A stretch of DNA of 64,000 bases from assembly GCF_902652985.1 (NCBI RefSeq), contig NC_047026.1:35402001-35466000 (forward strand), read 5' to 3'. Both the position numbers and the translations under genes were made by a program. Source of the stretch: Pecten maximus (Eukaryota). Below the pieces are notes generated by a model. The model was not told the DNA's origin and searched no databases. It saw only the letters and a list, made by a program, of their open reading frames with translations. Shown one piece after another: positions 39,901-53,205 of this stretch (its first letter is position 1; every line of letters begins with the position of its first letter).

Positions 39901-40299
39901 AAATACCTAGTACAGGGCTTGCTATTGTACAGGTAAAGCTACCTGTATGTATGGCTATACATATCTATCAATACCCGTACATTTATCGAAAAACCAATTT
40001 CACTTCTTGCCACCAATGTTGTGAAGGATGCCCGATTATAATGTACAACAGGGTATAATTTGACGACAATAGCAAGTGCAGACTACGATCACGCAAGCAG
40101 GTACAAATGTACGTAAATACATCCGTACGCCGATGGCTGCCGCGCTCTACAGCACATCACCTCTGGGACGAGAGTCTTCTGATATGTATCTTACCAAGGG
40201 AAGTCAACTCGTCATATACTCAACAGTACCACTAGTGTTTACAAGCAGCCATATAGATTTCCTTTTCAGTGGTTTTAAGCTACCTTAACACTCTCCCGT

Positions 40300-42300
40300 A
40301 ACTAGTGATATCTATAAAGTGCTTGGTTCTTAATTTTATCAGAATGTAATGGGGTCCATAATGTATGCCTCATCAAGTTGTTTTAACTATTTAATGTAGT
40401 AAACCGTTATCTATTGCAGTCTGCAGCAGACTTTATAGTCTACAGCCAAAACTGGTCACTGTCTCATCAGATCATTGTTTTGAGCTAAATTACTCTTGAA
40501 TAGCCATCCTGTGGGTGGATACATCCCCAAAACAACGCATTAAGCCAGGCTAAAATGTCCGTGTGTGTAACCCTATCGCCCATGGTCACCAATACACATT
40601 GAGCCACACCACTGAATGATCACCTTCGGGCCTGGAGTACTGATCCATTGGTACCTTGTAAGCTGTCTGTTGCTCATGAGACAGCAAACCTCATACCTCC
40701 AGTAAACAAACAGGACATCACCCTTCATGAGAGGTTCCTTAACAGGGAACGAGGATAATTTGGGAATGCTATGAGGTCGAGCATAAAAACACATTAAAGG
40801 TATGGTCGTCAGGCGTAAGGTAACTAACCGTTGTCCTGGTACATAGTTGGCAATACGTTTGAGTGGTTGGACTAGTCGCTCTTCTTACAAATTGAGCCTA
40901 GAGGCTTGATTACCATCCATTAATGGTGGAAGTAAATCCAATCCCTTATCCGACACCTCAAGCTTTCCTGCCACTGGTAAGAATAAGGCTAGCTAGTAAA
41001 TAAATAACCGACACCTCAAGCTTTCTTGCCACTGGTAAGAATAAGGCTAGCTAGTAAATAAATAACCGACACCTCAAGCTTTCTTGCCACTGGTAAGAAT
41101 AAGGCTAGCTAGTAAATAAATAACCGACACCTCATGCTTTCTTGCCACTGGTAAGAATAAGGCTAGCTAGTAAATAAATAACCGACACCTCAAGCTTTCT
41201 TGCCACTGGTAAGAATAAGGCTAGCTAGTAAATAAATAACCGACACCTCATGCTTTCTTGCCACTGTTAAGAATAAGGCTAGCTAGTAAATAAATAACCG
41301 ACACCTCAAGCTTTCTTGCCACTGTTAAGAATAAGGCTAGCTAGTAAATAAATAACCGACACCTCAAGCTTTCTTGCCACTGTTAAGAATAAGGCTAGCT
41401 AGTGTATAAATAACCGACACCTCATGCTTTCTTGCCACTGTTAAGAATAAGGCTAGCTAGTGTATAAATAACCGACACCTCAAGCTTTCTTGCTACTGTT
41501 AAGAATAAGGCTAGCTAGTGTATAGATAACTGACAATCCTCAAACATCTTCAGGGTCGGGCGCTTCCTCAAATACCTAGCTGATAGCTCGGTTGGATGGA
41601 CGCCGTCCTTGAATAATTCAGACGCTTGCGTCTATGTGAATTTCTTATAGAGGTAACACTAGCTGCCTTGTTCACCTGATCCAGGTAAGAGCTATAGAAC
41701 TCTATCCGACCTTCCAAAATCTTGTCTTGTTCCGCAAATTGGGTTGTGTTAGGATGACCCCTGGACTGCACAATGCTGTAAGGTAGAATCCATAGAAATA
41801 TTAAAGGTATGTTGGAGATATTTGCCAGTGAAATCCCTTACCAACATTGCATTAGTACATGTACATGTATGCATGTACACGGTGCATTACTCATCTGATA
41901 ATTGGTATAAATATATGGAGTTTTCTGTTTTACGTGTCAAGTCACGGTTACCTAACAGACATACAAAACAACTCTTCCGAACTGAATTTGGTAACTTCTG
42001 TCCGACAGTAGCGAACAAAGCTGGATATGCCTCCAGTCTGATACCAGAATTCTAGGTTATGTCCTAGTCCTCTAGTCCTGACTAGCAGAGTAAAATTAAA
42101 TCTTGGACCAGCTAAGTTGGCTATTGTCCATGTTGTCAAGGTATCTTGCATTGTTAAATACCTTCAGGGAACTATTTCTGCCTTTTGTTATTGTTTCCTG
42201 CACTTCATTTCTGAGACAATACAAAGGAGACTTCAGTACCCGGATTGTACAATCACTTGTCTGGATCATTATGTTGTAAATGTCATTAGAGCAGATTTAA
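40300..42300 (-). mobile_element. Possible highly degenerate LTR-retrotransposon (Gypsy-like) pol remnant
   Basis: Minus-strand EIHIDAS (RNase H DAS-like, ~41627-41647) downstream of an RT-like DTL..AG.RF stretch; no long ORF survives. Confidence 0.35.
40950..41535. repeat. 58-bp minisatellite, ~10 copies
   Basis: Unit CCGACACCTCAAGCTTTCTTGCCACTGGTAAGAATAAGGCTAGCTAGTAAATAAATAA; near-identical copies. Confidence 0.97.
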
Positions 42301-43514
42301 TAATTTGGTAAACTTGTTTCGGAAATTTCTTTGAATGCGAATTTTTGATGTGAATGTGAATGATTGTATAGTAATTAAATACTATGTAAAGTTATTTGAT
42401 GATATGCTATAACAACATCTTTTCACATATATCTTAGAGACCCCGAAAAAAATTGGTACATAATACACATCCCGCCGGTTGAAATAAGTATAACAGATAA
42501 ATGTCGGCCTGTTATGTCCCCCTGTTTAACAGAAATAGTTGCCGTCTTTCACAATGTCAACACATGTATACACAGTGTGTAAACATCAGCGATAACATCC
42601 CCGCCTGTATCACGTGGTTTGTAGGTCATTCACACCATAAGGTTTAGCCTGTCCTGATTCGGTAAGTTTTATAAATAGCGTCATATTTTGTGTTCAATCG
42701 CATAACCACCGGTTCCATCTTTAACCCACCCCTCTGACTCCCATCCCCACTAACCGAGCTTGGTTACATTGTAACTGGCGAGTGACGGTATGATACCGTT
42801 GGTGTGTGTAGCACACACCCATTATGGTGATGTGTGTATCACACACACGCTACATGTGTAAGGTAAAATGAAGTCAGTCCATGTGATTTAACTACTTGCA
42901 ATACTGGAAACCGAAACAAGGAATGGGGTTAAGTTCAACATGTTTCAACTCCACAGCATTCGTTCAACTTAAAATATTTGTGTACATATTAATTTCATTA
43001 TAGCCATTTTTTGAAAAAAAGCTATAGAAATTGCAGGTTCACGTCAAGTAACTGAGATTAATTTAAATGCTCACGTGAAATTATTTGGAAACACAAGCAG
43101 TCCAAGTATAAATAACAGGCCGCATACAAGTGTGCATGTGTGTGTGCGTTTTATTGATGCCTCTATACAAATCAGAAAACCACGCACATGGTAGAAAATA
43201 TATTACATAACCATACCTTGACACCACAGGCTACCTCTCATTCAGCGAATGGAATCAATAACCTCTTGTCGGGCACAATATAAAGTGGGCATGAGTGAAA
43301 TAAATTAAAATAACCTAGCTACGGTTTCCGTGTCTATTGTTATACGTGGCTTAATTACCTGTACCTCTACCTGTACATTGTACATGTCAATGTTGAGAGG
43401 ATTTGCTGGAATGATAGCACCGCCCCTCGAACAAAAGGGAGCCGATAATCTGTTAAAATATCATGAACCAATAATACAACATAGCTCATTGGATATTTAG
43501 AGAGGGAGTCATAG

Positions 43515-43670
43515 AATCTAACATGGGTCTGTTACGTGGACAGTGATATCTAAACCCGAGTGTAAGAGTTTAGCTGGCTCCAGTCAGCACGAGGCTTGTC
43601 GAGTGCTGGCCAGTCATAGCCTAACACGAGGGTTGAGATATCTTGTTTGCGAAACAGACCATGTTTGATT
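43515..43670. repeat. ~155-bp imperfect palindrome (foldback)
   Basis: Left arm AATCTAACATGGGTCTGTT..GATATCTAAACCCGAGTGT pairs with right arm ACACGAGGGTTGAGATATC..AACAGACCATGTTTGATT; inner CAGCAC...GTGCTG stem. Confidence 0.8.
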
Positions 43671-44117
43671 ATTTTTCTCACTTACTTGCAAGCAAATGTA
43701 AGCTTTAACAATGCTCTTTGGAAAGTGCGTGTCAAAAACTTACACGAAGGTTGTGTTATCACCCTGGGAGGAGGTGGGGATGGAATGGGGTTAAAAGAAG
43801 CTAGAATGCGCTGTGTGACACTGCTCACAATAACGTAATGACATCATTTTAGGATTGATTGTCAATTTTGTTTCTTGCATGGGCTGTTCGTAAATGGAAG
43901 TGAATCTCTTGCAACTGGTACACACTTCCCTTCATTAGTCTATGCATTACGTTAATTAACCAAATTAAAATCACCGCCGTCAGATAGCAAAAATCGGCCC
44001 CAATGGTATGACGTACGTGCGTCACTTTATACTTATAAATCGTACATGTGTGTACAGTAGTGGAACAGCAGTCAGTCAGCTACTCTCGTCGCCAAGGCAA
44101 CACAGGAGTAATGAAAA

Positions 44118-44204
44118 AATATCCTGCCCGTGCCGGGCTTCGAACTATGTCGACCTTCGCTCTCAAGGCAAACATTCACGCTAGTCTGAGCTAGTAAGGT
44201 GACC
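44118..44204 (-). mobile_element. tRNA-like SINE head fragment
   Basis: Minus strand TAGCTCAGACTAGCG...AGTTCGAAGCCCGG (A- and B-box-like); no complete cloverleaf. Confidence 0.4.
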
Positions 44205-46240
44205 TTATACTCTCTTCTTTTACACATAGATACAATACTTTCAAGATAAAATATTTATTTAAAACAAATATCTATGATATTGTATAATAAAACTTAACCA
44301 TACCCATATAAAACGAATTTAAAGTGCAGTGTTGACAGTATAGTATGTGTGTGATTTAGTCACTCGAGACACGGGGACTCGGTTAATAAATTGAGCACCA
44401 GGTTAGCATGACGACAACAGTGAAATATCACAACAATAAAAAAGTGTTAATATACATGTACACTCTTAAAACTTTGTAAAATTCAATTTTGTAAGTTTTA
44501 TTATGTGAATGAATGTTGGATTTCCAGTCTTGCGATTATTTATAGATGTCATATGTTATTCAAAATCTAAAACCGAAGCCCTGTGACCGTATGCATGCGA
44601 TGCAGTCTAATAGCCGGGATGTTCAGAGCTCGAGTTAAAAATGAAACATTGTGGATTTAAGTCGCAGATTAGCGGAGGATTTATATGGTGTTCTTGAAAT
44701 ATCGGATTTCATTCGTTCACTGACATTTTGGGATGTATATTCTGATAAGAGTGAACTAGAGAAACATTGATTTGAAAATTGGCGGTTTTCGACGGCCCCG
44801 AAACTTGCGTTCTCCATATGTTTAGATTATGAGTCAAATTACTTCTGCGCACGATATAGCATATTGCTGATACCAGTCTATTTTGTGTTGTTAAACAGTG
44901 GTAAAATTTAGGTTTATTTTCTGTGACCACTAAAATGATATCAAGTATCGCATTCGAGATACATTTCATGATCTCGGTGCTATCGGGAGTGTCAGTTTTT
45001 TTATCAGATCCTGTTTTCTAAACTGGCACATAACACGACTCTTCCACTTGTGTTTATATGTTTATAACAATGTTACACAATTCACAAAATGAAAATACAT
45101 TCATGTCTGAGGCGGTACAAAAATAGATCGCCAATGTAAACAGTGAATGTATGTAATATTCACACGCCGGCAAGAAAGAGATTCGTCACACAGAAGAGAA
45201 GCACGCGACCGAAAATCTTCAACGGGAAATGAAGTAGGCCTAATCTGACTTTACTAGTTTCATTTTTGGCTTTACCTAGGATTGCCCATGAAAGCCGGAG
45301 TGCAGCTTATAATGATAATTCAAGGGGGTCCTCGATTAAAAAGAATCTAATTTTAAAAATTCTTTTAAATTTTACATATTAGACTGTGATGTCCCGCTTG
45401 AATAGAAAATATGAATTAAATAAAAAGTTGATGTAGTGTTTACATTAACAGTTGTAGACGCGGGCATTATATTGAAATATCTAATTGCCTTTACCAATAT
45501 AAGGTTGATAGATATTTTACACATTTTATCATAATATTTAAATTATAGATCATTTATGTTTTTCATGGCCGACATTAAGTTATTTTGCTATAGATTTACT
45601 GTACAAAATTGCATTATAATATACATCGTGACGTAATACAAAACACATTTCATTGTTTGACACCATCTTACATATGTTATCGTGCGTGAAACTTAAGTTG
45701 TAATAATACGACGTAATACAAAATTTAGTTGATATGTCACGGTTCGATGTTAAATGTTTATTTAATGAACGATTTAGTACATATATATGTATATAAGGTG
45801 ATATGTTAAATAAGTGTTCTCATACAAGTTTATTAAATGCTGGATCGACATTAGTCTGTGAATAAATGCCATAAACAGGTTTTTCGGATATGTTTTCAAC
45901 AATAGTACATGTATACCAATCTTTTCTTTCAGAATGACATCATACCAATTCGTGCCTTGATAGTAAGTCACATGGTAAAACTTATAAACAAGTTCGGTAT
46001 ATTTCCGAAATAATGATTTCACTTCCATTTCCAGACAATTTACGATCACATTTTAATTGCATTCAGTCGTGGTTTTCAAAATAGATTTTAACATACAGAT
46101 TTGCTGTAGGTAAATAACCTCTAAACTTGATTGATTGATTATTTGATTGATTTGAACATACAGATTTGCTGTAGGTAAATAGCCTCTATACTTGATTAAC
46201 TGATTCTTTGATAGATTGGATGGTTTTATTTCAGAACAAA

Positions 46241-49200
46241 ATGGACAATAACAACGAAGGTACTAAACCGGAAGTGCTGTTGCAGGAGAAAGGGGAGATC
46301 ATCAAACCCATGATCCCTGACGGTGCTGTGGAGGATCTGGTAAGAAACTTATACGGCTTAGATGTCATCAGCTCTAAAGAACTAAACAGCTATGACGATA
46401 GGAACTACCACGTGACTGTACACAACCAATCAAGCAATCCTCACATACCGGAAGTGTGGAAACATGGCTACATTTTGAAGATACTGAATAGCATGGACTC
46501 TAAGCGTCCAACTATCGTTGGTAAGTGGTTGGTACCATCATATAAAGGTATTGGTATGATTTGATACTAGTGTGTACCTAATTTATACACGAGTGACTTG
46601 GTTAGTTTGATGAAAGGCACCACTTTCTTAAACCTTTACAAGTTTATATCAGAGATTTTAACCGATGTTATATTGATAAATGAAAGGTTTATGGTATTTA
46701 TATGCTACAAGGATTTAACATTTTAACTCCAAATTAACGTTTTAATATGATTTTCAGAGGCACAGATCAGTCTTCTAGACCATCTTCGAAAAAAGAACAT
46801 ATCAGTGCCAGAAAACGTTCTCACGATTTCAGGCCAGACAATGTCTCTAGAGAAGGTTTTTGCGGAGAAAGATCCTAAAGGTATGGCATGCTCGTTTATC
46901 CACATCCATGTATTATGATATTCCTTCCAGTATGTTCTCGGGTTAAAGATTGCTTGGCGTCTATTATGAACTGATTTGCCTAATTTTGATGTGATTTACT
47001 GTCGCCAAATACTGCAAACCGTGTCGCATACTCGACAGTTCTATCGCAGTATGTCCATTAAACGGAAGTTTTTCTGTCGGCCTAATCAAATACAGTGTCG
47101 TATACATGTACTCGACAGTTCTATCGCAGTATGTCCATTAAACGGATGTTTTTCTGTCGCCTTATCAAACACAGTGTCGTATACTCGACAGTTCTACCGC
47201 AGTATGTCCATCAAACGGAAGTTTTTCTGTCGCCTAATCAAACACAGTGTCGTATACTCGACAGTTCTATCGCAGTATGTCCATTAAACGGATGTTTTTC
47301 TGTCGCCTAATCAAACACAGTGTCGTATACTCGACAGTTCTACCGCAGTATGTCCATTAAACGGAAGTTTGTCTGTCGCCTAATCAAACACAGTGTCGTA
47401 TACTCGACAGTTCTATCGCAGTATGTCCATTAAACGGAAGTTTTTCTGTCGCCTAATCAAACACAGTGTCGTATACTCGACAGTTCTACCGCAGTATGTC
47501 CATTAAACGGAAGTTGTTCTGTCGCCTAATCAAACACAGTGTCGTATACTCGACAGTTCTATCGCAGTATGTCCATTAAACGGAAGTTTTTCTGTCGCCT
47601 AATCAAACACAGTGTCGTATATTCGACAGTTCTATCGCAGTATGTCCATTAAACGGAAGTTTTTCTGTCGCCTAATCAAACACAGTGTCGTATACTCGAC
47701 AGTTCTATCGCAGTATGTCCATTAAACGGAAGTTTTTCTGTCGCCTAATCAAACACAGTGTCGTATACTCGACAGTTCTATCGCAGTATGTCCATTAAAC
47801 GGAAGTTTTTCTGTCGCCTAATCAAACACAGTGTCGTATACTCGACAGTTCTATCGCAGTATGTCCATTAAACGGAAGTTTTTTCTGTCGCCTAATCAAA
47901 CAGTGTCGTTCGTATACTCGACAGCTCTATCGCAGTATGTCCATTAAACGGAAGTTTTTCTGTCGCCTAATCAAACACAGTGTCGTATACTCGACAGTTC
48001 TATCGCAGTATGTCCATTAAACGGAAGTTTTTCTGTCGCCAAATCAAACACAGTGTCGTATACTCGACCAGGAACCGATTGGTTAAGGTGTCGCGACACT
48101 TTATCACTAGCCCTCCACCTCTGGGTTGCGAGTTCGAAACCTACGTGGGGCAGTTGCCAGGCACTGACCGTAGGCCGGTGGTTTTTCTCCGGGTACTCCG
48201 GCTTTCCTCCACCTCCAAAACCTGACACTGGCTGTTAATAGGACGTTAAACAAAAACAAACAAACAAAAAACAAACAAACTCGACCAGTTCTATCGCAGT
48301 ATGGCCATTATACGGTAGTTTTTCTGTCGCCAAATACATGTACTATAAACACAGTGTCGCATACTCGACAGTTCTATCGCATGTCCATTTTACGGATGTT
48401 TTACTATATTAATTTTGTCTGATACACAGTAATACATTCCAGCAATCAATATATGCTCCAATTCGCATTACTAATTTTGATCCAAATATTCATTTTCCTT
48501 CAGAAAAATAGATAAATAAAATGAATAGTGAAATCGATTAATGATGCGTTCTATATTGTTTCTTATTGATAAAATGTATCGAATGAAAACATGTACGATC
48601 TGTTTGTAAATCTACGTATTCTTTCCCAGATCGAAACAGCGCCCCCTATGGTACATATATTGTGCGCTTACTGAAGTACATCCCCGGCGATATCCTGGTC
48701 AGTAAACCCTGTACACCTGGACTTTTATACAATGTCGGCAAATTTACGGGAGAATTTTCAAACGCAACAAAGGTGAGTTTCCACACATGAAGCAAAAGTG
48801 ACATTTAATGATATTATGACATTAAGTATATTATTTTTCAGTAAAATCCGGATTGGAATATTTCAATCACATTTAAGCATCATGAAATTGTTACCTTCCT
48901 TTCATTTGATATCTACACAGTGTCATACGTGTAATATGACACGGGTAGAATCATTAGCCAAACGGACACGTGTACTTGTGCTATTTTGTACAAGTTTATA
49001 ACTAGGAGTAATCTTAATACATTTGTATGTTGCATGATGTTATAAGACATGTAGCTATACAGATAAAGTACCGTGAGACCATGGTTTAACACCAGTTCAC
49101 TAGAATGTATTATCCTCTATCTTTAACAAAATGCGCTCTGATCATCCCAACAATATATTGAATCTTCCCTGATGATATTCATTTTCGTTTAATTATAATA

Positions 49201-51858
49201 CAATAATACTGTGCCTTCCGTTATGATCGGTCTTTTTCAGGGCTTTCATCACTCATTTTACGACACCCATTCCTTAGTGTGGAGCCTGTTAGAATTCTCC
49301 AAACTGAAGGAATTCGTATTCGCGGTAAAAGATGAAAACAACAAACGTGTAGTTGACGAGGTCGTATCAGCGTTTGAATCCGATGTTCTCCCTAAGCTTG
49401 GGGAACTCCAAAGAGGTAGGTTGGTACGAACAGGTGTATAACTCACGCACTGTCCGTAAATTTTAGTATGATGTTTTTTCCCTCAGAACAACGTCTGCAT
49501 CCGAAACGATTTCCTCTCTGGGAAAAAGGGATTGTTTTCTCTTTTATGAAAGATATGGTTTGTTACCGACCTACTGTGGAATCATATACAGGGCCAGTAA
49601 AATTCATACGGGGTGAGGCCGAACATCCTATACATGTTACTGGCCTTCTAGGGTTTCCATAGTTCCATATTGCTGATTAATTGTTACAGTTCATCGGCTT
49701 CTCTACGTGAATCTTCTTCCTTTTTTCATCAATTTGTATTCGATTGTCTTCCGAAACAGTACCTGACGTCCTGTCAAGCGGGTGGTCAACAATTTTTTAC
49801 CGGCGTAGGGGAGGCAACACTTTCAAAGGTTTTAACCAATACGCAGGAAGATGTTCGTTCAGGGATGATTGTGAATGCTTATTCTAGTCTTTATTTGTTT
49901 TAATAAGGGCCGCCATATTGCCATCTAAGAAAGTTTACTGGTCTTATTGGGGTCACATGGTGAACCGATTTTAACCACCAATTCTGTCCAAAGGTGAGAT
50001 CAATTATCAGTTACATGTATATGGTTTGATACTAACCTCTTATGGAACCATAGAAGGCAAGTAAAATTCAAAGAGGATACGGCCGAGGAGTAACCATATT
50101 GCTCCTAAGAAATTTTACTAACCCTCTATAGTCTCATAGGGGTCACCAGGGGAACGATTGTAACCAGTGAAATGCAACAATTCTGTCCACTGTGCGATGA
50201 ATATCAATTAATCGCACCATTGTTTTCCTATCAACTCCCCCGACAATACCCCACGTTTCATCTTTAGCCGAGTGTTTGTCCTTGTGAGGAAGGTTTGTGT
50301 CCAGTCCCTCTGCCTTTAGTGGAGTGTTTGCCCCTATAAAGGTATTTGGTTCGGTCTCCTGGCCTTTAGATGAGTGCGTGACCGTGTGAGTTAGTTAGAA
50401 GTTCTTTTCCCTGGTCTTTAGTTGAGTGTTTGGCACTATGAGGAAGGTTTGTGTCCAGTCCCTCTGCCTTTAGTTGAGTATTTGGCCCTATAAAGGTATT
50501 TGGTTTGGTCTCCTGGCCTTTAGTGGAGTGTTTGTCCCTATAATGGTATTTGGTTCGGTCTCCTGGCCTTTAGTTGAGTGTTCGCCGCTGTGATGGAGGT
50601 TTGGACTGTGTCTCTTGGCCTAAGTGGAGTGTTTGGCCCTATGAGGAAGGTTATTTGTTCGGTATTCTGGTCTTTAGTAGTGCTTGATCGTGTGAGTTAG
50701 CTAGAAGTTCTGTTCCCTGGCCTTTAGTTGAGTGTTCGCCCCTATAAGGAAGGTTTGGGTTCTGGCTCCTGACCTTTAGCTGAGCGTTTGCCCCTGTGGG
50801 CCTTTAGTTGAGTATTCGTCCTTGTAAGGAAGGTTTGGATTCTGTCTCCTGACCTTCAGCTGAGCATTTGCCCCTTTGGGCCTTCAGTTGTGTGTTCGCC
50901 CCTGTAAGGAAGGTTTGGGTTCTGTGCCCGGCCTTTAGTTGAGCGTTTGCCCCTGTGAGGATGGTAATGTGTTCTGTCACCTGGCCTTTAGTTGAGTGCT
51001 TGACCCTGTGAGGAAGGTTATGAGTTCTGTGTCCGGCCTTTAGTTCAGCTTTTGCCCTCTGTGAGTTAGTATTAGTGCAGCTTTTGCACCTATGAGTTAG
51101 TTATGGGTTCTGGCCCCTAGCGCTAGTTGAGTGCTTGACCGTGTAAGTTATTAGTTCTGTCCCCTGGCCTTTATTTAAGTGTTTAACCTGTGAATAAGGT
51201 AATGGGTTCTATCCCTGGTCGAGACAAATCAAATTGCTGCTCTCAGATTGACGGTCACCTTTAAACTTAATTTACTCTGGTGTGAATAAGCGAGTTTTGC
51301 CGTTATATTGATATTGGTTTGTCTTGTATTAATTTTCCTGATGTTTTTTTACCTGGTGATTTATGTCAATCTGTCCTTTTCCTGTCAGGTGTGATACACG
51401 GCGACCTGAACGAGCAGAACATCCTTGTCACAGAGGTTCCGGGTCAGGATGATGTCCCACCTGAATCACGTGTTTATGACGTCAATGGCCTACTGGATTT
51501 CATGGACGTCACTGATTCCTACCCAATATTTGATATTGCTATAAATATCGCGTACATGTCAATTATATGCGAACCTTCTGAACAACTTGACGCCGGCGGT
51601 CACATATTAGCAGGCTTGATACCCATCTTCCCTTTAAATGATGTCGAGTTGGACATCTTGCAGACGTCTGTATGTGCTCGATTGTGTCAATCACTTGTGA
51701 TGGGAGCCTATGCTCACTACCAAGACCCGTCCAATATGTACGTACTGACGACAGCTGAGAAAGGCTGGCCGCTCCTACACAAAGTCTGGAGTACACCCAA
51801 ACAGGTACTAAAGGATAGGTGGTTGTATCTGATAGGCCAACACCAGGAAGCATCGTGA
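46241..51858 (+). CDS. HYKK: Hydroxylysine kinase-like (APH/choline-kinase fold), copy 1, 5 coding exons, ~396 aa
   Basis: Exons 46241-46520, 46758-46880, 48630-48772, 49241-49415, 51389-51858; GT-AG, total 1191 nt, in frame. Motifs ELNSYDDRNY, YILKILN, VRLLKYIPG, IHGDLNEQNI, LLDFMD, ARLCQSLV..AY..DPSN.Y.LTT...GW. Confidence 0.93.
47020..48400. repeat. 73-bp tandem repeat in HYKK intron 2, ~15 copies
   Basis: Unit CAGTGTCGTATACTCGACAGTTCTATCGCAGTATGTCCATTAAACGGAAGTTTTTCTGTCGCCTAATCAAACA (47172, 47245 and onward). Confidence 0.97.
48072..48278 (+). mobile_element. V-domain SINE (slightly 5'-truncated, internally deleted) inserted in the 73-bp array
   Basis: Near-identical to 16237-16460; TSD ACTCGACCAG (48062-48071, 48279-48288). 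Confidence 0.92.
50262..51226 (+). repeat. ~52-bp tandem array derived from the tRNA head of the Meta-type SINE
   Basis: Unit TTTAGTTGAGTGTTCGCCCCTGTAAGGAAGGTTTGGGTTCTGTCCCCTGGCC matches the SINE head at 36465-36520; the array ends in CCCTGGTCGAGACA like the SINE continuation. Confidence 0.88.
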
Positions 51859-52273
51859 TTTATCTTGCAATAATGGCATGACATTTAGTGTTGCTGATGT
51901 CGTTTGATTCTGTCGCATACATATTTTCAGTAAGTTCCTTGTTGTGATTGAGAATATATTTCATGCGACATTTGACATGTACAATCAATTGTCAAAATCC
52001 TTCTTACTAGTATGCAATACAGTTGTACGTTTATTATCACAAGTATAATAAACAGTATAATATTCTGTTAATTCTGTTTTGTTTTAATCTTAAAATCATT
52101 ACCACGAATTCATTAAAAGCTTACGTGAACTTATATAGCCGTGTATTTGGTATGGAAACGACAAAACTATTTTTCGAAGCCGGCACCACATATTGTACCT
52201 AGGAACGTGGTTGAATGTGTACAAAGAAATATGGCGTTTATGTTATTTATTTAGTCAATTGGTACTACATTTG

Positions 52274-52442
52274 CTGACCTTGACCGTGACCTTTCACTTT
52301 GAAAAAATACTTTAACCTTGGCCACAGTATGTACCGAAAGAGATAGTGCTTTCATATTTACACATGTTTCTTGTGATAAGACTTTTCTATTGGTATTGCA
52401 TTCGCGTATTTGAAGGCCTTCACTGTGACCTTTGACCTATTT
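52274..52442. repeat. Single ~165-bp monomer with TGACCTTGACC motifs (bivalve satellite / Helitron-associated repeat type)
   Basis: TGACCTTGACCGTGACCTTT...AACCTTGGCCA...GCTTTCATATTT...TGTGACCTTTGACCT. Confidence 0.5.
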
Positions 52443-52499
52443 AGAAAAAAAATAAAAAACCAATTTCGGCCTCAGTTTGTTGACCGTATGAGAAAGGCG

Positions 52500-53205
52500 T
52501 TGATATTTGACATGTGTTGACATTTGATGTGTGACATTTGACATGTGTTGACATTTGACATGTGTTGATATTTGACATGTGTTTATATTTGAAATGTGTT
52601 GACATTTGACATGTGTTGATATTTGACATGTGTTGACATTTGACATGAGTTGACATTTGTTGATATTTGACATGTGTTGATATTTGACATGTGTTGACAT
52701 TTGACATGTGTTGACATTTGACATGTGTTGACATTTGATGTGTGACATTTGACATGTGTTGACATTTGACATGTGTTGATATTTGACATGTGTTGACATT
52801 TGATGTGTGACATTTGACATGTGTTGACATTTGACATGAGTTGACATTTGTTGATATTTGACATGTGTTGATATTTGACATGTGTTGATATTTGACATGT
52901 GTTTACATTTGACATGTGTTGACATTTGATGTGTGACATTTGACATGTGTTGACATTTGACATGTGTTGATATTTGACATGTGTTGACATTTGACATGTG
53001 TTGATATTTGACATGTGTTGACATTTGACATGTGTTGATATTTAACATGTGTTTACATTTGACATGTGTTGACATTTGATGTGTGACATTTGACATGTGT
53101 TGACATTTGACGTGCTGATATTTGACATGTGTTGACATTTGACATGTGTTGACATTTGACATGTGTTTATATTTGACATGTGTTGACATTTGACATGTGT
53201 TGACG
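52500..53205. repeat. 17-bp minisatellite (TGACATGTGTTGACATT)n
   Basis: About 40 copies with TGATATT and TGATGTG variants. Confidence 0.96.
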
